From: Macrostomum hystrix
Taxonomy: Eukaryota; Animalia; Platyhelminthes
Assembly: GCA_950097015.1 (NCBI GenBank)
Contig: CATNEN010000025.1
Coordinates: 4,216,001-4,280,000, forward strand
DNA length: 64,000 nucleotides
Direction: 5' to 3'
Shown here: piece after piece, positions 14,122-25,229 of the stretch
Layout: every line of letters begins with the position of its first letter
How positions within the stretch are numbered: position 1 is the first letter of the stretch
Notes under the pieces: generated by a model
Told to the model about the DNA's origin: nothing
What the model saw: the letters and a program-made list of their open reading frames with translations, nothing else
Database searches by the model: none
Translations under genes and position numbers: made by a program

Positions 14122-15338
14122 CGTTCAATGTTAAGCTAATTAAAATTTGCAATATGAACAAATGTTAGTGGGTTGTAAATATTTCAATATATATGAGCAA
14201 TATTTACTTGTTACTGGGTAGGTTCAGCAGCAAAGTTTGATCTATGGACGTAAAAAGTTAAAATTGGAAATAATTGAGAAAGGTGTGGTATTCAAGAAGT
14301 TTAAACAACTTAAAAAATTACCTGAGAAATTCTTTTGATATATTTAAGTTGAAAGGTCACTAAAGTTACAAAACATACGTTGGTCGTTGCCCGTAAAGTT
14401 GCAACGTAGATCGTAGATGTAACTTACTAACAAGAAAAAGCACTCTCGTAACCGAAATAGAAGGGCCAGGAAACCCGGGAAGAAATTACTAAAAAAGAAT
14501 ATAAGATGTAACCATCAACTTGCTCGACACATCTAGGGCTTAGTGAGTACAAAAATTGCAAGGCTCTACTTGATGCAAAAATGAATTTTAGACTAGTTAG
14601 TTAGGTATGTTGTGTCTTGGTTTCCTAGAAGGATAGTTTTCTGTTCGTATCAAATTATGCCTTACAGGTTTTAACAAAGAATAAGATATTATAGCTCACA
14701 AAGTAAAGTGATTAGAAGTAAAAGAAAAACTTGCACTCTTTGTTTATGTTTTATTTTCAATAATAAAGCAAGTTAACGAACCTAAATTTAGCTTAAATTT
14801 ATTAGGACTCGTATAATAATTACGCTTAAACAATTTCAACTGTTTTTATCTTTTTGAGTCTAAAAACAGATATTATCGCAGTATTATATTAGAATAGAAT
14901 GCATTACTTTTCTGCATAGGTATCTTTTGTGCCGATTTATGATTCCGGTATTATTGTTCGCCGTTTTTTTCTAGGAATTATAAGTGCGTCAGTTCAGCTA
15001 CCAAAATTTCACATTATATCATACCATGACTCATGGACACGCACGCCATTTAATGTTGTTATGTATCAAAGATATGTATAATATAATTCCCTAAGGTTTA
15101 AGGTCCATTCATTTATATTGCCTTAAGATAAATTTAACATTGGATTCGTTTTAGACCCTTTTATCATCTGTATAAATTTAGAGCCTACTAAGCTTAAAAC
15201 TTAGGCCTGTGTCAGAATTAGGCCTAGGCATAGGCATACACATGCTTTATTCCTTAAGGACTATAGGACTAGCCTAAGCCAAAAGTCCCAGAACTAATTA
15301 TAAGCATTTTAACTACTAATATACACACAGTAGGGGGC

Positions 15339-16089
15339 CACTTCGTCATCTTACAACTTCGTCATCCAGATGACAATCTGTCCAATATCTCAGAGGATGG
15401 ATGACGAAGAGACTTAGACTTATGGACACCTTGTCATCTATAAAACAAAAGTTTTCAAAGTTAGAACAGAACCACCTCTCCCCACCTCTCCTCACATTAT
15501 TTGGCACCTATCTTTCAACTCTTATAATGAAATCAGTTCTGACACCTTTTTTGACAATTTAGAGTGTGAAGTGTGTTCACACCTCTGCCCCACCACCCCA
15601 CCCTCACTTTATTAATGACAAACTTGATTGCTTGTTATTAATCAATGACGAACTGACCAAACTTTAAAGCATGCCAATTGGCTGGATGACGAAGTGTCCT
15701 GCCTTCCAAGTGGATGATGAAGTTGTAAGATGACAAAGTGTCTGGGATCCACACTAGTACTTGGGTTCCTCTCCTGGACACTTCGTCATCCAACCAATTT
15801 TTTTATTCCAGATTTTAGAAAGATGACAAAGTATCTAAAATCTGAAGACACAGTGCACCTATCTTTTTTGGAGGCAACATGCCCAGTTTATTTTAGCCAT
15901 CGCCCCTTAAGTTGACTCCACGCAGTGCACCTGCAATGTGCGTACCTATCTTTATTGAAGGTCTAAATTTGTTGATAGGAGTGGAGAATCAAGGATTCAT
16001 AGATGACGAAGTGACCAAATATTAAGTTCCTTTGATTGGCTAGATGACTTTCATGGATGACAAAATGATAGGATGACGAAGTGTCCAGG
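15339..16089. mobile_element. Two adjacent foldback/MITE-like units built on a GATGACGAAGTG motif
   Basis: Inverted repeats 15339-15368 / 15711-15740 (28/30) and 15773-15791 / 16071-16089 (19/19). The motif recurs internally in both orientations. Confidence 0.55.
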
Positions 16090-18227
16090 AACTGATACTC
16101 CTATCCTAGACCTAGTATTGGTGTAAGGGACCATGGACCACAATTCACTAAGAGGCCAATTTTCTTAGTTATAATCTAATGGACCAGCTGTTTCATCACC
16201 ATTTTAAATTTCAGCCATGGTGGCACACAAACAATAAACCTCAGTTGTGAGTTTGTTGTAGGCCTAACCTGTTTCTTAAAATGTTGCTTTGCCATGTTAA
16301 TTTAGAACTAGCCCCTAAACTTTACTGGGCCATCAAGGAAAAACATAAGTTGTGGATCCTATAACCAAAATGTAGGGATTCCCAAACTTGCAACAGTAAA
16401 AAACTTTAGCAGATAGCATTTATTTTAAGTTTATTTAGTCTTCCCTTATACAAAAGCATGTAAATACAATGCTAGCTTAGTATTAGGTCACCAGTACTAG
16501 GGCCTAGTTTTTTTCCATTATGTGTCCCCTACACAGAAACAAGGGGGTTGTAGGAGCAAAATTCAGCAACCTACATTTCTCTACTGATTAGTATCTAGCT
16601 AAGTAGATTATGCCATAGGCATAGGCTCCAAAATAGGTCTAAAACTTAAGGTCACAAAAATGTAAATTTGTCGATGTAAAGTTCATTAGAAAACATATTG
16701 ACTTTTCCTTCTTAATTTAACACTAGACACTGACACATGCTAGTTATATTTTTCAGATATTAAAATAAAAAAATCAAGTTAAAAACATGGGGCTATAATT
16801 AGCAATCAGTCCTATAAATATTAAACGCGCAATTTATTAGTAATTTGAATACAGATTTTATATTCAATAATGAATCAATATTGTAAAATGCTAAATAAAA
16901 AATTATTCTGTATGAATAAGTTTCAAACAATTTCTAGTTAGACCTGTGAAGTATTTTTCATAACCACACTCAAAATTTGTAACATAAAAACCCTATCTTT
17001 TATTAGTCTAGCTCTTTAGAATATCCCCAAAAACTTCAACTAACTGTTTAACAATCACAAAAACCCTAACAATAACATAAATATATAACTGCTATTTAAA
17101 AAGCAGTTGCTAAGAAAAAATAAACATTAATTTATATATTAAATTACATTTTAAAATAAAAAACCCTAAAGTCATTGCCCCCTTTTTGTATCTACCATTG
17201 AGACAGACACATTTTCAAACAATTGCTTTTGTACATCTCAATTCTAGTAGTGAAGACTTCCTATATCCATTAGGAGCTTGGATCTTTTGGTAAATGATAT
17301 ATTATATTACCTCTGTACTTCCAGCATACTGGGAGTCTTAAAAGTATGAAATGGTCTAGATTTCTGTCTAGCTAGTGTGATTGGGGCTTTTGAAGTCAGT
17401 ATACCTTTGTCATTTTGCTTCAGCAATGGAATGTAGATCTATGTTTAATGGCATATAATAGTCCTTTAAAGTTGATGCTAGAGTTTAGTGAGGCTGCCTT
17501 GCAAAAATTACTACAACTACTGCTACAGTGGGAAGGGGTGGCTGCCCCTTCCCTCCTAGTTGCACTACTTATCTTGCTTGGTTTATGAAGATCCTATCAA
17601 ACTGGCAGTCAACCCAACCTTTGCTTGCTTATAAGGTCCCAGTCCTCTTCAGAAACAACAGGCAAGCCAATTATCCTCAGTAGACTTTAGTAAACTCACA
17701 TGCAGAGTTAAACTCAATTCATTTTTGGCCAACTACATGATAGAGAATACCATAGATTATTAAAACATATTCTGAGAGTTACATAGAGAGAATGTCATGC
17801 ATGAATGTACACTAACTGGTACTGGATGACTCTTAAATTTTAGTTAGAGTTTTACCATTAACTAATTTGTAAAGAAGGTTATTAAAAGTTCCAGAAATTT
17901 ACAATGCAAAGCAAAGTACAAAGCAAATGTACAGTACAGTAAAAATTTCTATATTGTTTGATAAGGTGCTTAATTAAAGAAGTAGACATTAAAGCATTAA
18001 AACTATGACTTATGTGAAGCCAAGGAAGATTTTAATATATCTGTCAATTATTACACAGTAAGTTCTTTGTTGAGTATCAAAGTTTCAAGCAGTTTTCTAG
18101 CTGCAACGGAATTGAAAACATTTCATTCATAACTGCTTAACGATTTCATTTCAGATCTTATTAGTTAAGCAGATAATAAAATTTACTGTGTTATTAAAGT
18201 AATCAAAATCATCAAGCCGCATAAACA

Positions 18228-21200
18228 ATGAGCTGGCAGTACTGTGCGCCTCAGTCAGATCGTGGCACAGAATGGGAAGAAATTCTGCGCAAGAAAGGCA
18301 TCCTGGATCCTCACATCAAGGAGGATGAACTCGCTGAGGTTGTCGACCAGACTGTTGAGGAGAAGCTAGCGGCTGCAGCTGCCGCATCTGGCAAGAAGGT
18401 CGGCAATAGTTGAGAGTTTATGTACTCGTACCGTTCCTGCCTTTGTTACTCAAGCACTGAGTGTAAAATGAGCTAATTTATGTAAAAGGCTGTCAGATCA
18501 GCTAATCCTTCAGTAGACTGCTGTCCAATCAGCTGATCCTTCAGTAGACTCCTGTCCAATCAGCTGATCCTTCAGTAGACTGCTGTCCAATCAGCTGATC
18601 CTTCAGTAGACTGCTGTCCAATCAGCTGATCCTTCAGTAGACTGCTGTCCAATCAGCTGATCCTTCAGTAGACTGCTGTCCAATCAGCTGATCCTTCAGC
18701 AGACTGCTGTCCAATCAGCTGATCATTCAGTAGACTGCTGTCCAATCAGCTGATCCTTCAGTAGACTGCTGTCCAATCAGCTGATCCTTGTGTAGGCCGC
18801 TATACAATTATAGGTTACGCCATTTTTCAAATCAGGACCTTGCCGACATGAATCTGGACGAGCTGGCCGCAGCCGAAGATGATGTCGACAGCGATGACGA
18901 AAAATTTCTGGAGGTCTATCGGCGCCAGCGGCTAGCAGAGATGCGCGACGCCGCTGTCAAAGCGCGCTTCGGTCAGGTCCGCGAGATCTCCAGGGCCGAT
19001 TGGAAGCGCGAAGTTAATGAAGCCGGACAGGACATTGCCGTTGTTGTGCTCATCACCCGTCAAGGCTTGGTGGGATCCAAACTATTGGAGGATTGTCATC
19101 GTCGGCTGGCGGCCAAATTTCCTCAGGTACCCACTGAATAAAATGCACTTTTGTCTGGCGTAATCTTTGCTTATTACTTTCGCTGTCACCAGTCTCTGGG
19201 GTGTGATTTTTCTCTTATCAGTCTCTAGGGTTAGACTTTGTGTGGCCTTAGTTTCTAAGGTGCGATTTTGCTGTCATTGGTCTCTAGGGGGTGAGATTTT
19301 GCTGTCATCAGTCTCTAGGGGGGGTTTTGCTGTCATCGGTCTCTAGAGTGAGATTTTGCTGTCATCAGTCTCTAGGGAGTGAGATTTTGCTGTCATCGGT
19401 CTCTAGAGTGAGATTTTGCTGCCATCGGTCTCTAGGGTGAGATTTTGCTGTCATCTGTCTCTAGGGGGTAAGTTTTTGCTGTCATCAGTCTCTAAGGGTG
19501 AGATTTTGCTGTCATCAGTCTCTTGGGGGTGAGATTTAGCTGTCATCAGTCTCTTGGGGGTGAGATTTTGCTGTCATCAGTCTCTAGGGGGTAAGATTTT
19601 GTTGTCATCAGTCTCTAGGGGGTGAGATTTTGCTGTCATCAGTCTCTAAGGGTGAGATTTTGCTGTCATCAGTCTCTAGGGGGTGAGTTTTTGCTGTCAT
19701 CAGTTTCTAGGGGGTGAGATTTTGCTGTCATCAGTCTCTAGGGGGTGAGATTTTGCTGTCATCAGTCTCTTGGGGTGAGATTTTGCTGTCATCAGTCTCT
19801 AGGGGGTGAGATTTTGCTGTCATCAGTCTATTCATGATCTATAAGAATCTATCTATAAGAATTTGCTTGAGTCAGTCTGTTAGTTAAGATTATAATGTCA
19901 ATTTTTTCTAGGGTGAGACCCTGCTGTTATCTTTTTGTGTGATAGAAAGTTAATTTCATAATTTTTACAAGAATATTGTGTAATTTATTATCTGTCAAAT
20001 TCTGTAATCTATAAAATGCAGGTGAAATTCGTTCGAGGCGAGGCGGATAACTGCATACCGAATTATCCGGACAAGAATGTGCCCACAGTGTTGATATACA
20101 AGAATGACGTCATGATTAAACAGTGGATCGGATTGGACAGCTTCGGCGGTAGCAAGGCGACTCCGGATGGTGAGTTGCAAATTAATTTTTAATCGCAACT
20201 TTCAACAGTAGAACTACCAAGGGGGGCCTAACATTTTTGCGCTGCAACCAAACGGAGCAACGCAAGAACACGGATCTAGACGGATTTGCTGGACCTTCAA
20301 GGGCTACAACAGGTGAAACTAGCCCACTATGGATACCCTGACGCGAAAATTCTCCAATTTCACTGCTCAAGCCTAAATATTAGACGCAGCTCAACCACAG
20401 TACACCATCGCCTAGTCCAGGGGTCGGCAAACTTATTAGCGTGCGGGCCACAGAGAGAACCTAAAAGACGACAGCGGGCCGCATTAACTGTTCGAATATG
20501 AGAAAGGGGATCGAGATAGATTAGACAGGGGAGGGATGAGACAGAGAAGAGATAAGATAGGGAAGAGATGAGGCACAGGAGAGATGAGACAGGAAAGAGA
20601 TGAGGCACAGGAGGCACAGGCACATGACGAGGCACAGGAGAGACGAAACAGTGGAGGGATGAGACAGGGAAAAGATGAGGCACAGGAGAGATGAGGCACA
20701 GGCACAGGACGAGACACGGGATAGACGAGACAGGGCAGGGATGAGACAGGGAAGAGATGAGGCACAGGAGAGACAAGACATGGGATAGACGAAACAGGGG
20801 AGGGATGAGACAGGGAAGAGATGAGGCACAGGAGAGACAAGACGTGGGATAGACGAGACAGGGGAGGGATGAGACAGGGAAGAGATGAGGCACAGGAGAG
20901 ACAAGACGTGGGATAGACGAGACAGGGGAGGGATGAGACAGGGAAGAGATGAGGCACAGGAGAGACAAGACGTGGGATAGACGAGACAGGGGAGGGATGA
21001 GACAAAGAAGAGATGGGGCAGAGAAGAGTGAGCCAGGGAGAAATGAGACAGAGGAGAGATAAGACACATTACAGATGAGACCGAGGAGAGTATGAGACTC
21101 TCCATCTCCAGATCAGAGAGAGATGAAACAGGATACTATATGTTCTGGATTCTGGAAGGGGCAACGGACCGGATTTGAGAGCTTCGAGGGCCGGATCTGG

Positions 21201-21444
21201 CCCGCGGGCCGGAGTTTGCCGACCCCTGGCCTAGTCTGTCAACTTAGCATTGGGCCCACTATTAATCATGGACGTGCTAAGTTTATCCTATTAGTTTATT
21301 TCTACGTTTCTTTTTACAGGCCTCGAATGGATGCTCAGTCAGGAGGGTGTGCTGCAGACACAACTGGAATCTGATCCCAGACTAGACGGCAAGACTGCCA
21401 AGCAGCAGCAGCAGGATGAGCAGAGCTCAGACGATGACTATTAG
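18228..21444 (+). CDS. PDCL3: Phosducin-like protein 3 (PhLP2, thioredoxin fold)
   Basis: Exons 18228-18398, 18836-19126, 20022-20169 and 21320-21444, all in phase. Motifs TEWEEILRKKGI, FLEVYRRQRLAEM, RFGQVREISRADWKREVNEAG, AAKFPQ|VKF, CIPNYPDKNVPTVLIYKN, LEWMLSQEGVL and an acidic C-terminus SSDDDY*. Confidence 0.93.
18490..18788. repeat. 31-bp minisatellite CTGCTGTCCAATCAGCTGATCCTTCAGTAGA
   Basis: Period 31; PDCL3 intron 1. Confidence 0.9.
19190..19828. repeat. ~31-bp minisatellite GAGATTTTGCTGTCATCAGTCTCTAGGGGGT
   Basis: Period ~31; PDCL3 intron 2. Confidence 0.9.
20418..21228 (-). mobile_element. hAT MITE family A, second copy with expanded internal minisatellite
   Basis: Perfect 15-bp TIRs. 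8-bp TSD GCCTAGTC at 20410-20417 and 21229-21236. Subterminal sequences match the 4107 copy in reverse orientation. Confidence 0.9.
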
Positions 21445-22069
21445 GGCCGTTTTATTATATCGCCTTTTATTCAATAAATTAAATCTCTCGCCCGCACGAA
21501 ATGATTCTTCCCCCCTGCCCTTACAAAATCGCTACTCGCTTTGCATGGTTTGGTTGACTCAATTTTTTATATTCGATTGTGACTACTCATTCAGTAGCAT
21601 GCATGCGAAATTGTTTAGTTTTTTTAAGTATGCTTTTTTTATCAAGTTGTGTTGAAGCAAATGTATACCTGATGTTTTTTTACTACCAGAATAAAACACG
21701 TAAGTTTAACAAAAATTGCACCAGTATTTAGAAAAAAATGTGTTTGTTCTTGACATTTTGGGTTGAGTGTCCGTTCACTATTACATTCACAATTGCACTA
21801 TACACAACTATAATATAACTAGACTGTAATTTTAGTCAGGAGCTGTTTGTGTTACTGTTTGTGTCCGCATGTATCGCACATAACAAACGGTCTATATCTA
21901 ATTGACATATTGATTAGCCTGGGAAGAGCTTTATAATAGAAAAATACTTTTTATTGAAGCTTCTAGACTATTAGAGTCAGGGGATTCAATATCAGTATTA
22001 AACTATATTCAGTTTTTCATTTCTTATTTTTATTATTACTCTTATATTATTAATATTGGGGACGTTTTA

Positions 22070-22213
22070 GACTTCGGCGGGTAAAGCTGTGGAATTCTTC
22101 ACGATCTCGCTAGTTCGAATCTCCGGCTTAATCATGGGAAACAATTTGTGTCCCTGAGCAAGACACTAGATTCCCTATTGAATGTGGCAGCATTAGATGG
22201 GGTAGAAATTCAG
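22070..22213 (+). mobile_element. Degenerate copy of the same SINE
   Basis: AGTTCGAATC B-box remnant and AATTTGTGTCCCTGAGCAAGACACT, shared with 28245-28270. Confidence 0.55.
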
Positions 22214-22249
22214 GTGGGTGTCATTCGCCATATCTATCTGTGATTTCAG

Positions 22250-22912
22250 TCTGTCGGCAAGCGCACGGAGCTGTACATCCGTCGCCGACACGACGGCGCC
22301 CTAATCCCAGCCGAAGAGGATCTTGATCGCCTTCGCGGCTTCACTAATATCATTCCCCTAGGCGTCAAGGAGACTGACGACGCTGTCTGCGTTATTGTCG
22401 CCGACGCCAGCGAGGCACCGGCAGCAACTGCCGGCCAAAGTCCGCCGGCTATCGCGACTCCTTCCAATTCTAGCTTGTCGGTTACGTCAGTCAGTTTGTC
22501 CGCTTCGCCTCCTCCGCCGCCCCCGCCGCCCCCGCCGCCGCACCAGCATCAGCCAAATAGCAGCGCGGCCTCAGTCGCCGGCAGCAGCCGTTCTTCAATG
22601 CGCCCTTATTGCCGACGCCAATTCACCTGTCGCCTATGCGACAAAGCTTTCACTAATTGGCGCAATTGTCAGCTGCATCAGAGATCTCACATGCCGCCAG
22701 CTCAGCGGCCACGATTTCTCTGCGTAGTCTGCAGGCGGATCTACACTAGCCCGTCAGGACTAACCAAGCACTGCCGACGCTGCCATTCCTCAGCGGAGTC
22801 ATCTGGTGGCACGGCCGATTATTCATTTCACTGCGGTTTGTGTCATGCGGGATTTCACTCGCGAGAGTTGCTAGATGAGCACGTTCGACAGCACGATGGG
22901 AGCAAGCAGTGA
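22250..22912 (+). CDS. C2H2 zinc-finger protein (three fingers, poly-Pro tract); start codon unresolved
   Basis: Stop-free frame from the acceptor tgatttcag|22250 to TGA 22912. Fingers FTCRLCDKAF..LHQRSH, FLCVVCRRIY..KHCRRCH and FHCGLCHAGF..EHVRQH. Confidence 0.8.
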   Translation, partial: SVGKRTELYIRRRHDGALIPAEEDLDRLRGFTNIIPLGVKETDDAVCVIVADASEAPAATAGQSPPAIATPSNSSLSVTSVSLSASPPPPPPPPPPPHQHQPNSSAASVAGSSRSSMRPYCRRQFTCRLCDKAFTNWRNCQLHQRSHMPPAQRPRFLCVVCRRIYTSPSGLTKHCRRCHSSAESSGGTADYSFHCGLCHAGFHSRELLDEHVRQHDGSKQ

Positions 22913-23039
22913 ATTGTTCAAATAAATTCGTTATTTCTTTTATTATACGCGCAGATCCCCAGATTGAGCAGCCACTCCCTCAGATCCTCAGTTTGAGCTA
23001 CTTCCTCAGATTTAGCAACCACTCTCTGAGATCCCCACC

Positions 23040-23260
23040 CTTAGATCCCGACTCTCAAATCCCCCTCTCAGATCCCCACTCTCACATCCCGACTCTCAGG
23101 TCCCCAATTTCAAATCCCCACTCTCACATCCCCACTCTCAGGTCCCCAATTTCAAATCCCCACTCTCACATCCCCACTCTCAGGTCCCCAATTTCAAATC
23201 CCCACTCTCACATCCCCACTCTCACATCCCCACTCTCAGGTCCCCAATTTCAAATCCCCG
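23040..23260. repeat. 42-bp C-rich repeat CCCCACTCTCACATCCCCACTCTCAGGTCCCCAATTTCAAAT
   Basis: Period 42; just 3' of the zinc-finger stop. Confidence 0.8.
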
Positions 23261-23807
23261 CTTTTTCAAATCTCCTGATTGAGCAGCCGCTCTCCCAGAT
23301 CCTCAGATTGAGCAGCCACCAGATACCCATATTGGGCTTGGCTGCCCGAAAATGTCAGAATCTCCTTTACATCATTCATTTGATAAATGAAATCAGAACT
23401 CACGCAGCACAATGCACGCAACTTGAAACCTTTAATCCTGTTTCATGGAATGCATCCAGGTTTTTTGTAATATAACTTTTTTTGCTTCAGTTCAAACACT
23501 GTTCCTATTCTATTCCCAATGAGTCAAATGCTTTTATACCGGCGAGTAATTTCAGATTCCGTTTTCGTTGTACTTTTCTCTGATTCTACCCTCACTTATT
23601 AGATGGATTTTGCAAAAGTTCCATGACTAAGTAGAAGTGTTTCAGAGTTTTTTGTTTTTGTTTTTTCTTAACAATGTATGTGGCATTTATTGTAGACTTT
23701 CAGAACTCATGTAACCTCATGTACTCCACTTTTCCATGCTTTTTATTTCGTATTTTAGATGTATGCCATGTAAGCTGACTTATTTACTCTTATATGACAT
23801 TGATTAC

Positions 23808-24420
23808 TGATTTGGTGACGATAGATTCACTGATTTGGTGACACTAGATTCACTGATTTGGTGACGATAGATTCACTGATTTGGTGACGATAGATTCACT
23901 GATTTGGTGACTATAGGTTCACTGATTTGGTGACGATAGATTCACTGATTTGGTGACTATAGGTTCACTGATTTGGTGACTATAGGTTCACTGATTTGGT
24001 GACTATAGATTCACTGATTTGGTGACACTAGATTCACTGATTTGGTGACTATAGATTCACTGATTTGGTGACACTAGATTCACTGATTTGGTGACGATAG
24101 ATTCACTGATTTGGTGACGATAGATTCACTGATTTGGTGACTAGAGATTCACTGATTTGGTGACTATAGATTCACTGATTTGGTGACACTAGATTCACTG
24201 ATTTGGTGACTATAGATTCACTGATTTGGTGACTATAGATTCACTGATTTGGTGACTATAGATTCACTGATTTGGTGACGATAGATTCACTGATTTGGTG
24301 ACGATAGATTCACTGATTTGGTGACTATAGATTCACTGATTTGGTGACTATAGATTCACTGATTTGGTGACGATAGATTCACTGATTTAGTGACGATAGA
24401 TTCACTGATTTGGTGACTAT
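23808..24420. repeat. 23-bp minisatellite GATTCACTGATTTGGTGACGATA
   Basis: Period 23. Confidence 0.9.
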
Positions 24421-25229
24421 AAATAACTGTCCGTTTCATGTTTGTTTTAAACTAGACATAATTTGTCAGTAATTTCTCGAGTCCTGTTTGGGTTGCGGTC
24501 AGACAGGACTGCTTTTAATCAGCAAGTCGCATTTTAAACGTTCAGCAGACTGAAATGAACTTGTGAATGCAGATTTACTACATTTTCCTATAAGCGACAT
24601 TTCCTGATATTTTACTGTTTTTATCTGCAGTATAACTTCTAAATTTTACAAACGAATAGAAATTCTTTTAGGTCGAAAAATACAGAAATTTTATTTTTTA
24701 GACGCAGCTGGTATTCTTACACTTTTTATCTTGTCAAAATTTTCTGTAGAGTCGACCGGACTCTACCGATGACAGGCCTTTTCTGTCAATAAGTGTGAAA
24801 GTTAAAAAATATAATCCAGGTGTATGTTAGATTAATTACTTAAAGATGCCTGTGTATTTGAAGTCCGTTCTTACGCTTGCAAGTTTGATTAATTTTCCAC
24901 CTTTGTGCGCCTTTGAGCCGCTTATGTTTTATGTTTTGGTTAATGCCATCCTAATTAATATAGCTAAATATTTCCTTTGATTTTCCTATCCATTTGTTAC
25001 GCTTTAATAGAAATACATATTTTTCCTGCTCGGTGTTTTCATTTCTGAGAAAAGGTAGCACTTCTTTCTATTTTTGCTTTTTTGTTAATTCGCACGGAAT
25101 TAATTACTTAGTTAATTAAAATTATTAATTAATTAATTACCTGTACTATAGTTTGTACATGACAGTTATCCAAAACTCAAATCCTTGTAGCTAAAAATCT
25201 AATCCCAAATATTTGATATAAAAACCCTA

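Noticed and set aside
20360-21105. Leu/Ser/Cys-rich ORFs
   Set aside because: Internal minisatellite of the hAT MITE.
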